A stretch of DNA of 64,000 nt from Myxococcus sp. (GTDB lineage: Bacteria > Myxococcota > Myxococcia > Myxococcales > Myxococcaceae), in the NCBI GenBank assembly GCA_014879945.1, contig JACSRE010000172.1, positions 1,239 to 65,238 on the forward strand, in the 5' to 3' direction. The notes below the pieces were generated by a model that saw nothing but the letters and a program-made list of their open reading frames with translations, did not search any database and was not told the DNA's origin. This document shows positions 26,846 through 35,691 of this stretch, one piece after another. Position numbers and translations under genes: made by a program. Numbering within the stretch: the stretch's first letter is position 1; each line of letters begins with the position of its first letter.

Positions 26846-29074
26846 TCAGTCGGCCATGTTCTTGTTCGCGCGCTGAATCACCGGCGCGGGCGACGCCGAG
26901 GCCTTCACCGGCGCGGCCTTCACGGGCGCCGGGGTCGGCGCGGGCGCGGCGACGGGAGCGGGGACCGGCTTCGGCGCGACCGCAATGGGCCGGGTCGTGG
27001 TGGGCTGCGGCTTGTTCGCCAGGGGCTCGGCGACGGCGACCGGCCTGGCGGCCACGGCCGGCTTCTGCTGGGCCTGCATCACCACCGGGGCCAGGCGGCC
27101 CGACTTCGGGGCGCGCTCGAAGGCGCCGATGGCCTCGTTGACGGCCGCGTCGAAGGCCGTGCGGGTCTTCCCGGCGGGCGTGAAGGGCAGGGTGGCGACG
27201 AAGGCCTCGTGCGTGTCCTTCGCCATCGCCGTGAGGTCGACCTGGCACCAGCGGGCAGACTTGTCGCAAGAGAGGTTGGTGAAGATGTAGTTGAAGTTGC
27301 CGGCGCAGCGCGTGTCGGGGCACGAGGCGTTGAGCTCGACCGAGAACTCGGTGAGGCGCCGGGCGCTGATCTCGAGGTCGGCCTCCACCGGCGCGGCGGG
27401 CTCGGCGGCGACGGCGGCCTTCGGGAGCGGCGCGGGCTCGGGCTCGACCGCGGCGACCGGCTCGGGCACCGGCGCGAGCTCCGCCAGCTTCGTCGGGGCG
27501 GCGTCGCTCTCGGGGGCGAGGGTCAGCGTGCCCAGGTTGCCGGGGCACATCATGCCGGCCGACTTGCGTGAGAGCCCCATCGGGCCGCCGGCGTAGAGCA
27601 GGTTGACGTCGCCCGACTTCATCACGCACGCGCCGACGGCGTTGGCGCGGCTGCAGGCGCTCTTCGCGTAGGTGCCCTTGAACATCTCGCAGCCCTTCTT
27701 CGCGGCCTCGCTGGGCGCGGCGTACTCGGTGCACGAGCCGTTCGAGGGCAGGTCGCACGAGGCGACGCCGGGACGAACCGCGAACGGGTCGTCGAGCGCC
27801 ACGGGGGCCGAAGGGGCCGGCTCGTCCAGAGGCGCGGCCTCCGCGAGCTCCTTGCCCGCCTTCTTCGCCTTCAGCGCAGCCAGCCTGGCCTTCATGGCGT
27901 CCTTCTTCGAAGCGGGCGCGGCCTCGGCGACGGCGGGCGCGTCGACCGGCTCGGGGTGCTTGGCGGTGATCTCGAGGTTGAAAGAGTAGCCGCCCTTCAC
28001 CACGTACCCGCCCACGCTCTTGACCTGCACCGAGTAGGTGCCCGGCTCGAGCTCGAGGCTCGTCTTCGCGGCCTTGCCGTCGAAGGCGTCGACGTCGGCC
28101 AGCACCTCATCGCCGCGCTCCACCACCAGCTGCGGGGCCAGCTTGTACTTCTTGCCGGCGATCGGCGAGGCGACGAGGGTGTAGGTGTCCTTGCGGGTGA
28201 CGGTCCACGTGTACTGCTCGCCCTCGGCGTTCGACACCGTGTCGCTGCACTTCGAGACCGGCCCGGTGAGCACCGAGGCGCAGCCGCCGCCGAAGGTGTG
28301 GTTGGGGTCCGACTTGCCCGACGCCTCGCCGCTGCTGACCGAGGGCCCGAAGATCATCAGGGGCACCGACAGCACCGCCGCCACGCCGCCGCCGATGAAC
28401 GAGAACTTCTTCTTCTTGTTGATGCTGCCGATGAGGCCGTCGCGGCCCTTCGACGAGGTCATCATCGAGCGCCAGCCCGGCTTGACGATCTTCGCGCCCT
28501 CCAGCTTGCCCAGCACGAAGAGGCTGCCCTCGGCCGGCACGTACTTCTCGGTGGCCTTGAAGCCGATGGTGTACTTCTCGGAGTCGCTGATGACGGGCAC
28601 GTCGTAGGAGAGCTCGCCGAACTGAATCTGCGAGGCCCAGCCGCGGCCGTTGAGCTCCTTCTTGAAGCCCTCTTTGTAGTTGTCGAAGTCGGCGCCTTTG
28701 CTCACGTCGACCTGGAGCGCGCCCGAGCCGTCGTCGACGCTGAACACCGCGCCGCCCTTGAGCGTGTCGAGCGTGTCGGAGCCCTTGACCGTCTTGGTGC
28801 CGTCCTGCGTCGTCTCGACCTTCTCCCACAGGCGCTCGACCTTCACCTCGTACGCGAGGCACGGCTGCTTCGTGCAGGGCGAGAGCAGCGGCTGCTCCGG
28901 GGCGATGACCTTTCCCTCGGTCGAGATGGCGCCCTTGGGGTCGGGGCTGACGGGGTTCTTCGCGAGCTCGCCCGTCTTCTTGAAAGGCGCCGAGAGAATG
29001 CGCTTGCCCTTGAGGTGCTGGAAGAGGCCGAAGGCGCCCACCGCGACGCCGACGAGAAGCAAGAGAACGCCCAT
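26846..29074 (-). CDS. Two-TM membrane protein (GIDE-like TM-loop-TM N-terminal region?) with large C-terminal beta-rich, Cys-rich and Pro/Ala-rich regions
   Basis: TM1 GVLLLLVGVAVGAFGLF. A ~215-aa soluble segment. TM2 FSFIGGGVAAVLSVPLMIFGP. Then a beta-sandwich-like module, two Cys-rich modules and a PVPAPVAAPAPTPAPV tail. GGAG 9 nt before the ATG. Confidence 0.8.
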   Translation of the reverse strand: MGVLLLLVGVAVGAFGLFQHLKGKRILSAPFKKTGELAKNPVSPDPKGAISTEGKVIAPEQPLLSPCTKQPCLAYEVKVERLWEKVETTQDGTKTVKGSDTLDTLKGGAVFSVDDGSGALQVDVSKGADFDNYKEGFKKELNGRGWASQIQFGELSYDVPVISDSEKYTIGFKATEKYVPAEGSLFVLGKLEGAKIVKPGWRSMMTSSKGRDGLIGSINKKKKFSFIGGGVAAVLSVPLMIFGPSVSSGEASGKSDPNHTFGGGCASVLTGPVSKCSDTVSNAEGEQYTWTVTRKDTYTLVASPIAGKKYKLAPQLVVERGDEVLADVDAFDGKAAKTSLELEPGTYSVQVKSVGGYVVKGGYSFNLEITAKHPEPVDAPAVAEAAPASKKDAMKARLAALKAKKAGKELAEAAPLDEPAPSAPVALDDPFAVRPGVASCDLPSNGSCTEYAAPSEAAKKGCEMFKGTYAKSACSRANAVGACVMKSGDVNLLYAGGPMGLSRKSAGMMCPGNLGTLTLAPESDAAPTKLAELAPVPEPVAAVEPEPAPLPKAAVAAEPAAPVEADLEISARRLTEFSVELNASCPDTRCAGNFNYIFTNLSCDKSARWCQVDLTAMAKDTHEAFVATLPFTPAGKTRTAFDAAVNEAIGAFERAPKSGRLAPVVMQAQQKPAVAARPVAVAEPLANKPQPTTTRPIAVAPKPVPAPVAAPAPTPAPVKAAPVKASASPAPVIQRANKNMAD

Positions 29075-29137
29075 CTGGAAGCTCCAGGTGAAGGCCGCGC
29101 GTGGCGGCGAACGAGTGTGGTTGGAAGAGGGGAACCG

Positions 29138-29176
29138 CCCTCAGGTGCGAGAGAGACCCTGAGGCCCCCTCAGGTG
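29138..29176. promoter_or_regulatory. Three copies of the palindromic core CCTNAGG (CCCTCAGGTG, CCCTGAGG, CCCTCAGGTG) in a divergent intergenic region
   Basis: Direct repeat CCCTCAGGTG at 29138 and 29167, with an inverted copy at 29157. The middle copy can pair with either flanking copy (7-bp stems). Confidence 0.3.
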
Positions 29177-29274
29177 TGCACCTTTTCTCGAGGCCCTGTT
29201 TCCATGCTTGACGAAATGGTCGGAAAGGCGAGCCCGATCATCGGGTTGCCCCTCGAGCGCGCATTCGCGCCTTG

Positions 29275-29454
29275 ATGCGCCACCCGCTTCCCGGCAGGGT
29301 GCGCGCCGTGTTGCGACGCGTCATCCTCCTCTCTCTCATCGTCTTCGTGCTGGTGGCCTGCGGCATCAAGGCGCCGCCGAAGGCGCCGCTCGCGACAGAC
29401 GCGCCGCCGCCCGTCGAGGTGCTCGACGCGGGCTGCTGCCGGGAGCCGCGGTGA
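29275..29454 (+). CDS. Small lipoprotein upstream of lysA (LptM/YifL/LppL-like position and motif)
   Basis: ATG 29275 (a TTG lies at 29272). Lipobox LVAC followed by GIKAPPKAPL. Stop overlaps the lysA start (GTGA). Confidence 0.5.
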   Translation: MRHPLPGRVRAVLRRVILLSLIVFVLVACGIKAPPKAPLATDAPPPVEVLDAGCCREPR

Positions 29455-30692
29455 ACCACTTCGAGTCGGTCGGCGGCGTGCTGCACTGCGAGGGCGTTCC
29501 CCTCCCCCGCATCGCCCAGGCGCTCGGCACGCCGACGTACGTGTACTCGTCGGCCACGCTCACCCGGCACCTCGGCGTGGTGCAGCGGGCCTTCGCCAAC
29601 ACGCCGACGCTCGTCTGCTACTCGGTGAAGGCGTGCAGCAACCTGGCGGTGCTCAAGCTCTTCGCGAAGGGCGGCGCCGGCTTCGACATCGTCTCGGGCG
29701 GCGAGCTCGAGCGCGTGCGCCGCGTCGGCGGCGACATGCGCAAGGTCGTCTTCGCGGGCGTGGGCAAGACCGAGGCCGAGATGGTGGCCGCGGTGCGCGC
29801 CGGCATTCTGATGTTCAACGTCGAGAGCGCCGAGGAGCTCGAGGCGCTCGATCGCGTCGGCCGGCAGCTGGGCGTGCAGGCGCCGTTCGCGCTGCGGGTG
29901 AACCCCGACGTCGACGCCAGGACGCACCGCTACATCGCCACCGGGCTCAAGACGTCGAAGTTCGGCGTGCCCGTCGATGAGGCGGTCGCGCTCTACGCGA
30001 GGTCCAGGCGCATGAAGGGCCTGCTCGCGCGCGGGCTCGACTGTCACATCGGCAGCCAGCTGACCGACACGCGGCCGGTGCGGCAGGCGATGGCCCGCGT
30101 CGGAGACGTCTACAAGGCGCTGCGCGCCAGGGGCTTTCCGCTGACGCACCTCGACGTCGGCGGGGGCCTGGGCGTCACCTACACCAACGAGACGCCGCCC
30201 GGCGTGGCCGACTACGCGAGGGCGGTGCAGGAGCCGCTCGCGGGCCTCGGCGCCACCCTGGTGCTCGAGCCCGGCCGTGTGCTGGTCGCCAACGCGGGCG
30301 TGCTGTTGACCCGCGTGCTGTACCGCAAGAAGACGCCGGCGAAGCACTTCGTCATCGTCGACGCCGGCATGAACGATCTCCTCCGGCCCGCGCTGTACGA
30401 GGCGCACCACGAGCTGCGGCCCGTCGCTCCGCGCAAGGGCAAGAAGGCGACCGTCGACGTGGTGGGCCCGGTGTGTGAGTCGAGCGACGTGCTCGGCGCC
30501 GCCCGGAGCCTGCCGCCGCTCCACCAGGGCGACCTGCTGGCGGTGATGACGGCGGGCGCCTATGGCATGTCGATGTCGTCGTCGTACAACTCCCGGCCCC
30601 GGCCGGCCGAGGTGCTGGTGGACGGCGACACCCATCGCGTGGTGAGGACGCGAGAGACCGTGACGGAGCTGATGCGAGGAGAGACCCCATGA
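29451..30692 (+). CDS. lysA: Diaminopimelate decarboxylase
   Basis: GTG 29451. PLP-Lys motif YSVKACSN, plus GGGLGV, EPGR and CESSD motifs. The listed ORF's 29208-29450 extension is Arg/Ala-rich and overlaps the lipoprotein gene. Confidence 0.92.
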   Translation: MNHFESVGGVLHCEGVPLPRIAQALGTPTYVYSSATLTRHLGVVQRAFANTPTLVCYSVKACSNLAVLKLFAKGGAGFDIVSGGELERVRRVGGDMRKVVFAGVGKTEAEMVAAVRAGILMFNVESAEELEALDRVGRQLGVQAPFALRVNPDVDARTHRYIATGLKTSKFGVPVDEAVALYARSRRMKGLLARGLDCHIGSQLTDTRPVRQAMARVGDVYKALRARGFPLTHLDVGGGLGVTYTNETPPGVADYARAVQEPLAGLGATLVLEPGRVLVANAGVLLTRVLYRKKTPAKHFVIVDAGMNDLLRPALYEAHHELRPVAPRKGKKATVDVVGPVCESSDVLGAARSLPPLHQGDLLAVMTAGAYGMSMSSSYNSRPRPAEVLVDGDTHRVVRTRETVTELMRGETP

Positions 30693-31573
30693 TGAAGCTG
30701 TCTGGCTCGATGACGGCGCTGGCCACGCCCTTCAAGAACGGCGCGCTCGACGAGCCCGCCTACGAGTGGCTGGTAGACGATCAGATCGCCAACGGCACCT
30801 CGGTGCTGATCCCCATGGGCACCACGGGCGAGTCGGTCACCATGTCGGCCGCCGAGCGCAGCCGCGCGATCGCGGTGTGCATCGCCGCCAACAAGGGCCG
30901 CGTGAAGGTCTTCGCCGGCGCGGGCAGCAACAACACCGCCGAGTGCATCGGGTCGATCAAGGCCGCGCGCGACCTCGGGGCCGACGGCACGTTGATCGTC
31001 ACGCCCTACTACAACAAGCCCACCCAGCAGGGCCTGGTGGAGCACTACCGGCTGCTGGCGAAGGCCCACCCCGGCTTTCCGATCATGGCCTACAACGTGC
31101 CGGGTCGAACCGGCGTCGACCTGTTGCCCGAGACCGCCAAGCGGCTCTGCGACATCGACGAGGTGGTGGCGCTCAAAGAGGCGACCGGCAACATCCTGCG
31201 CACGCTCGACGTGTTCGAGCAGTGTGGCGACCGGCTGACGCTGCTGTCGGGCGACGACTTCGTGGTGGCGCCCTTCATCGCCTCGGGCGGGCGCGGCGTG
31301 GTGAGCGTCTCGTCGAACGTGGTGCCGCGGCTGATGGCCGACCTGGTGGCGGCGGCGCTGGCGGGTGACTTCAAGAAGGCGGTCGAATTGCAGCTCAAGC
31401 TCCAGCCGCTGCACCGCGCGCTGTTCTGCGAGTCGAACCCCATCCCCGTGAAGATGGCGCTCCACCTGATGGGCCGCTTCTCGCCCGACCTTCGCCCGCC
31501 GCTGTTCCCCATGTCCGAGGCGAACACCCCGAAGCTCAAGGCCGAGCTGCAGAAGCTCGGCGTGGTGAAGTGA
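30689..31573 (+). CDS. dapA: 4-hydroxy-tetrahydrodipicolinate synthase
   Basis: ATGA overlap with lysA. MTALATPF, GTTGES, YNVPGRTG, and ALKEATGN (active-site Lys). Confidence 0.95.
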   Translation: MMKLSGSMTALATPFKNGALDEPAYEWLVDDQIANGTSVLIPMGTTGESVTMSAAERSRAIAVCIAANKGRVKVFAGAGSNNTAECIGSIKAARDLGADGTLIVTPYYNKPTQQGLVEHYRLLAKAHPGFPIMAYNVPGRTGVDLLPETAKRLCDIDEVVALKEATGNILRTLDVFEQCGDRLTLLSGDDFVVAPFIASGGRGVVSVSSNVVPRLMADLVAAALAGDFKKAVELQLKLQPLHRALFCESNPIPVKMALHLMGRFSPDLRPPLFPMSEANTPKLKAELQKLGVVK

Positions 31574-31576
31574 GCC

Positions 31577-32383
31577 ATGGCCGCTGACGTGAAGGCGGTC
31601 GTCACCGGGGTCACCGGCCGCATGGGCACGATGCTGGTGCAGTTGGTGCGCGACACCGAGGGCTTCGTGTTGTCGGGCGGCACCGAGAAGCGCGGCTCGC
31701 CGTCGGTCGGCCTCGACGTGGGCCTGGCGTGTCACCTCGGCATGCTCGAGGTGCCCTGCGTGGACTCGCTCGACGAGGCCATCGCCGGCGCGCACGTGGT
31801 CATCGACTTCACCACCCCCGAGGCCTCGGTCGCGCACGCGAAGGTCTGCGCCGCGAAGAAGGTGCCGCTGGTGGTGGGCTCCACCGGGTTCTCCGCCACG
31901 GCGAAGGCCGAGATGGCCGAGGCCGCGAAGGTGGTGCCGGTGGTGATGTCGCCCAACATGAGCATCGGGGTGAACCTGGTGATCGAGCTGGCGGCGCAGC
32001 TGGCGACGCGCCTGGGCGCCGACTTCGACATCGACGTGCTCGAGGCGCACCACCGCCACAAGAAAGACGCGCCCAGCGGCACCGCGCTGCGGCTCGCCGA
32101 CGAGATCGCCAGGGCGCTGCTGCGGCGGCCCGAAGAGATCCGCACCTCGCGGGTGGGCGCCATCGGCGAGCGCCGGCGCGAGGAGATCGGCGTGCAGACG
32201 CTCCGCGGCGGCGACGTGATCGGCGAGCACACGGTGTACTTCTTCGGCGACGGCGAGCGCATCGAGCTGACCCACCGGGCCACCAGCCGCGAGCAGTTCG
32301 GCCGGGGCGCCCTGCGCGCCGCGCGCTGGGTGCAGGGCAGGGCGCCGGGGCTGTACGGCATGGGCGACGTGCTGGGAGCCTGA
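31577..32383 (+). CDS. dapB: 4-hydroxy-tetrahydrodipicolinate reductase
   Basis: VTGVTGRMG NAD(P)-binding motif and EAHHRHKKDAPSGTA signature. Confidence 0.95.
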   Translation: MAADVKAVVTGVTGRMGTMLVQLVRDTEGFVLSGGTEKRGSPSVGLDVGLACHLGMLEVPCVDSLDEAIAGAHVVIDFTTPEASVAHAKVCAAKKVPLVVGSTGFSATAKAEMAEAAKVVPVVMSPNMSIGVNLVIELAAQLATRLGADFDIDVLEAHHRHKKDAPSGTALRLADEIARALLRRPEEIRTSRVGAIGERRREEIGVQTLRGGDVIGEHTVYFFGDGERIELTHRATSREQFGRGALRAARWVQGRAPGLYGMGDVLGA

Positions 32384-32385
32384 CG

Positions 32386-33144
32386 ATGACGCGCTACGGA
32401 CGCATCGAGACCGACGCCGGGCCCCGCTACGCCGAGGTGCAGGAGCCCCGGGTGCACGTGCTCTCGGCGGCCCCCTGGGCGAACCCGCACCGCACCGGCG
32501 AGGTGTACGCGCTCCGAGACGTGAAGTGGCTGGCGCCGAGCGAGGCCACCAAGGTCGTCGCCATCGGGCAGAACTACCGCAAGCACGCCGAAGAGATGGG
32601 CAAGGTCGTGCCGGTCGAGCCGCTCCTCTTCATGAAGCCGCCGACGGCGCTCAACGCCCACCTGGCGCCCATCGTCATGCCGCCGGCCAGCGACGACGTG
32701 CAGCACGAGGCCGAGCTGGCGCTGGTCATCGGCAAGCAGCTGACCCGCGCGACCGAGGCCGAGGCCGCCGAGGCCATCTTCGCGGTCACCTGCTTCAACG
32801 ACGTGACGGCCCGCGACGTCCAGAAGCGCGAGGTGCAGCACACCCGCGCCAAGTCCTACGACACCTTCGCCTGCTGCGGCCCGTGGATGGTGCGGGGCCT
32901 CGACTTCGGCGACCTCGAGGTGCGCTGCCGCCTCAACGGGGTGCAGAAGCAGCTCGGCCGCACCAGCGACATGGTGCACGCGCCGGCGAAGCTGGTGGCC
33001 TTCATCTCGAACGTGATGACGCTGCTGCCGGGCGACCTCGTGGCGACCGGAACGCCCTCGGGCGTGGGGCCGATGCAGCCGGGCGACGTCGTCGAGGTGG
33101 ACATCGAGGGCATCGGGGTGCTCGAGAACCCGGTGACGCGGTGA
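32386..33144 (+). CDS. Fumarylacetoacetate hydrolase (FAH) family protein
   Basis: ATG 32386, 2 nt after the dapB stop. Motifs FMKPPTAL, HEAELALVIGK, FNDVTARD, KSYDTF, GDLVATGTPSGVG. Confidence 0.85.
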   Translation: MTRYGRIETDAGPRYAEVQEPRVHVLSAAPWANPHRTGEVYALRDVKWLAPSEATKVVAIGQNYRKHAEEMGKVVPVEPLLFMKPPTALNAHLAPIVMPPASDDVQHEAELALVIGKQLTRATEAEAAEAIFAVTCFNDVTARDVQKREVQHTRAKSYDTFACCGPWMVRGLDFGDLEVRCRLNGVQKQLGRTSDMVHAPAKLVAFISNVMTLLPGDLVATGTPSGVGPMQPGDVVEVDIEGIGVLENPVTR

Positions 33145-33608
33145 CCGAGCGGGTCTTCGTCGCCCTGGGCTCCAACCTCGGCGAGCGACAGACCCAGCTG
33201 ATGGACGCAGTGGCGCGCCTCGGGCGCCTCGAGGGCACCACCGTGCTGGCCGTCGCGCCAGTGCTCGAGACCCCGGCGCTGCTGCCGCCCGACGATCTCA
33301 CCCCGCAGCCCGACTACCTCAACACCGTCGCCGAGCTGCGAACGCCGCTCGAGCCGCTCCCGCTGCTGCGCGCCCTCAAGAGCATCGAGCGCGACATGGG
33401 CCGCCTGGTCACCACCCGCTGGGCGCCGCGGCTCATCGATCTCGACCTGGTGCTCTACGGCGCGCGCACGGAGCGCTCGCCGGAGCTGACGCTGCCCCAC
33501 CCGGGCCTCTCGAGCCGGCGCTTCGTGCTCGAGCCGCTCGTGGCCCTGTGGCCCGACGCCGTGCATCCCCAGACCGGGCAGCTTCTGCGCTCGGTGCAGC
33601 CGGGCTGA
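33141..33608 (+). CDS. folK: 2-amino-4-hydroxy-6-hydroxymethyldihydropteridine diphosphokinase
   Basis: GTGA overlap with the FAH gene. VFVALGSNLG, RWAPRLIDLDLVLY, LPHP, RRFVLEPL. Confidence 0.9.
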   Translation: MTERVFVALGSNLGERQTQLMDAVARLGRLEGTTVLAVAPVLETPALLPPDDLTPQPDYLNTVAELRTPLEPLPLLRALKSIERDMGRLVTTRWAPRLIDLDLVLYGARTERSPELTLPHPGLSSRRFVLEPLVALWPDAVHPQTGQLLRSVQPG

Positions 33609-33687
33609 ACGCCGGCCTCAGATTCCCGTCACGCGCCCGCCGCAAGCCTGCGCAACGACGGCCTCGTCGGCTGGCCCACGGCGTGCT

Positions 33688-34014
33688 GTGCAGCAGGCCA
33701 TGCGAACGATGCTCCTCTTCTTCTCGCTGTCGCTGGCGGCCTGTGGAACCCCTACCCTCGAGGTGAAGGACTACTCCAAGGCCTGCACCGTCGAGGCCGA
33801 CTGCGTGGCCGTCTACATCGGCCCGCTCTGTCAGACGTGTGGTGGGTGCCCGAACGAGGCCATCAGCCAGTCGTCGAAGGCGAAGTACGACGCTGACGCG
33901 GCGGCGGCCGCGAGATCGTGTCCGCCCAACCTCAACCGGGCGGTGTGCGCGGCCTGTCGCCTGCCCGAGGTGGCCTGCACCGCCGGCGCCTGTGCGCTGC
34001 GGCCGCTCCCGTGA
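33688..34014 (+). CDS. Small Cys-rich lipoprotein
   Basis: Lipobox SLAAC. 12 Cys in the ~85-aa mature part (CQTCGGC, CAAC motifs). Alternative ATGs at 33700 and 33709. Confidence 0.6.
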   Translation: MQQAMRTMLLFFSLSLAACGTPTLEVKDYSKACTVEADCVAVYIGPLCQTCGGCPNEAISQSSKAKYDADAAAAARSCPPNLNRAVCAACRLPEVACTAGACALRPLP

Positions 34015-34090
34015 GCCCAAGCGCCGCCCTCGCTGGTCGGCGGAGCGAACGGGTTGATGCCGCGGCCCGGTCCGGTGATATCAGCGACCC

Positions 34091-35227
34091 ATGCTGGCCT
34101 GGTCTCTCGCCGTGAGCTTCACCCTCGCCCAGGGCGCCCCCGCTCCGGCCCCGACGCCCGAGGACCTGATCAAGAAGATCGACGCCGCCGCCGACGTGAA
34201 GGGCCGAGAGAAGCCGTTCGAGATCTCGGCCTCGCTGACGCGCCTGTACTTCAGCCAGGGCCGCACGAAGGACGCGCAGGTCTTCGCGAACGAGGCGCTG
34301 GCGGCCGCCGAGCCCGCGCTGAAGTTCTACGTCGAGCAGAAGAAGAAGCTGGGCGCCGCGCCGCCCGCGCCCCTCGCCGACGCGAAGTGCGAGCCCGAGA
34401 AGCCGAAGGAGTCGAACCTGGCCAATGGGCTCGAGGTGGCCCGCCGCCACGCCCAGGCCAACCGCACCGCCGCCGCGGTGACCTGCGCGCGCAAGGCGCT
34501 CTCGGGCGTGCCCGACGTGCTGATGATGGACGGCAACGCCCGCTTCCTGGCGCGCGACTACGCCGGGGCGCGCGCGGCGTACGAGCGGGTGGCCTCGACC
34601 TTCGACGACGTGCCCGAGGCGCTCTACGCGCGTGGCGCCCTCCTGATCGATCAACAGCCTGACGACCTCAAGGCGCTGGAGCAGGCCAAACGAGATCTCG
34701 AGGCCTTCCTCGCCGCCGCGCCCAATGCCAGACAGGGCCGCAACGCGCGCGCCCTGCTCGAGCGCACCAGGGCAGGCCTCGGCGCCGGTGGGCTCTCGAA
34801 GCTCGCGCCCTCACCCGCGCCCGCGCCAGCCCCGATGTTGCCGGCCCTCGACCCCGCCACCATCGCCGCCTTCCAGAACGCCCCCAAGACCGCCGAGGGC
34901 GACGCGCGCTTCGCCAGGCTCATCGAAGACGCCGAAGAGGCGCTCGCGAAGGGGCGGTACCAGGAGGCCCTCGATGGCTTCAAGCAGGTCATGCCCTTCC
35001 AGCCCGAGAACCCGCGGCTGCGCGCCGGCATGGCGTGGACCCTGGTGCGCCTCGGAAAGCCGATGGCCGAGAACGTGTGGCGGGTCGCGACGGGCTCGCC
35101 CGAGGCGCTCGACGCCCTGGGCGATCGACTCAAAGAGAAGGGCGACGGCGAAGGCGCCAAAGCCCTCTGGACCCGGCTGGCCGAGACGGTGCCGGGGTAC
35201 GCTCCCAGGTTGGAGGGAAAACGATGA
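34091..35227 (+). CDS. Secreted TPR-like/helical repeat protein
   Basis: Short hydrophobic leader ...FTLAQG/AP, then helical repeats (GRYQEALDGFKQVMPFQPENPRLRAGMAWTLVRLGK). An in-frame stop 13 nt upstream fixes the start. Confidence 0.7.
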   Translation: MLAWSLAVSFTLAQGAPAPAPTPEDLIKKIDAAADVKGREKPFEISASLTRLYFSQGRTKDAQVFANEALAAAEPALKFYVEQKKKLGAAPPAPLADAKCEPEKPKESNLANGLEVARRHAQANRTAAAVTCARKALSGVPDVLMMDGNARFLARDYAGARAAYERVASTFDDVPEALYARGALLIDQQPDDLKALEQAKRDLEAFLAAAPNARQGRNARALLERTRAGLGAGGLSKLAPSPAPAPAPMLPALDPATIAAFQNAPKTAEGDARFARLIEDAEEALAKGRYQEALDGFKQVMPFQPENPRLRAGMAWTLVRLGKPMAENVWRVATGSPEALDALGDRLKEKGDGEGAKALWTRLAETVPGYAPRLEGKR

Positions 35228-35649
35228 AACAGCTCACCGTCGTCGCAGTGCTGGCGTTGGCCTTTGCGTGTGATCGCGTCGAGCCGGGTGTCCAGGGCAC
35301 CAACCGCGGCGAGCTGAAGATCGCGCTCCCCGACGCCGGCGTCCCCGTGTTCGAGACCAGCTACGGGTTCGGCGACGTGAAGACCGGCGAGCAGGCCAGG
35401 GTCACCTTCGAGGTCGTCAACACCGGCCAGGACGCGCTCGACATTCGGGTGATCAAGATCATGACCGACGACACCGGCGCCTTCTTCGTGCAGGGCGGCA
35501 CCGGGTCGGTCGCGCCACAAGTGCGGCGCACCTTCAGTGTCACGTTTGCCCCAGCCCGCGCCGGCGCCCACACCGGGAACCTGGTCTTCGAGACCAACGC
35601 CAACTCCGAGAGCGCCCGCATCGCCATCACCGGCAACGCGATTCCCTAA
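35224..35649 (+). CDS. Lipoprotein with Ig-like (ASH/HYDIN, choice-of-anchor-D-like) beta-sandwich domain
   Basis: ATGA overlap with the upstream gene. Lipobox LAFAC. FGDVKTGEQARVTFEVVNTGQDALDI ... FSVTFAPARAGAHTGNLVFETN pattern. Confidence 0.7.
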   Translation: MKQLTVVAVLALAFACDRVEPGVQGTNRGELKIALPDAGVPVFETSYGFGDVKTGEQARVTFEVVNTGQDALDIRVIKIMTDDTGAFFVQGGTGSVAPQVRRTFSVTFAPARAGAHTGNLVFETNANSESARIAITGNAIP

Positions 35650-35691
35650 GGGTTTCAGCGCAGTGCCACGAGGGCGCCGGTCGGGCCTTCG

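Noticed and set aside
29075-29274. Lysine (L-box) riboswitch upstream of lysA/dapA
   Set aside because: I looked for the conserved L-box helices and the AGAGGxGC/GGTG core but could not recognise them. The region is also shorter than a typical L-box plus expression platform. Only an Rfam scan could settle this.
33688-34014. Cys-rich small ORF as a RiPP/bacteriocin precursor
   Set aside because: It has a standard lipoprotein signal (lipobox SLAAC), and there are no adjacent maturase, cyclase, or transporter genes with peptidase domains. A structural disulfide-rich lipoprotein is more likely.
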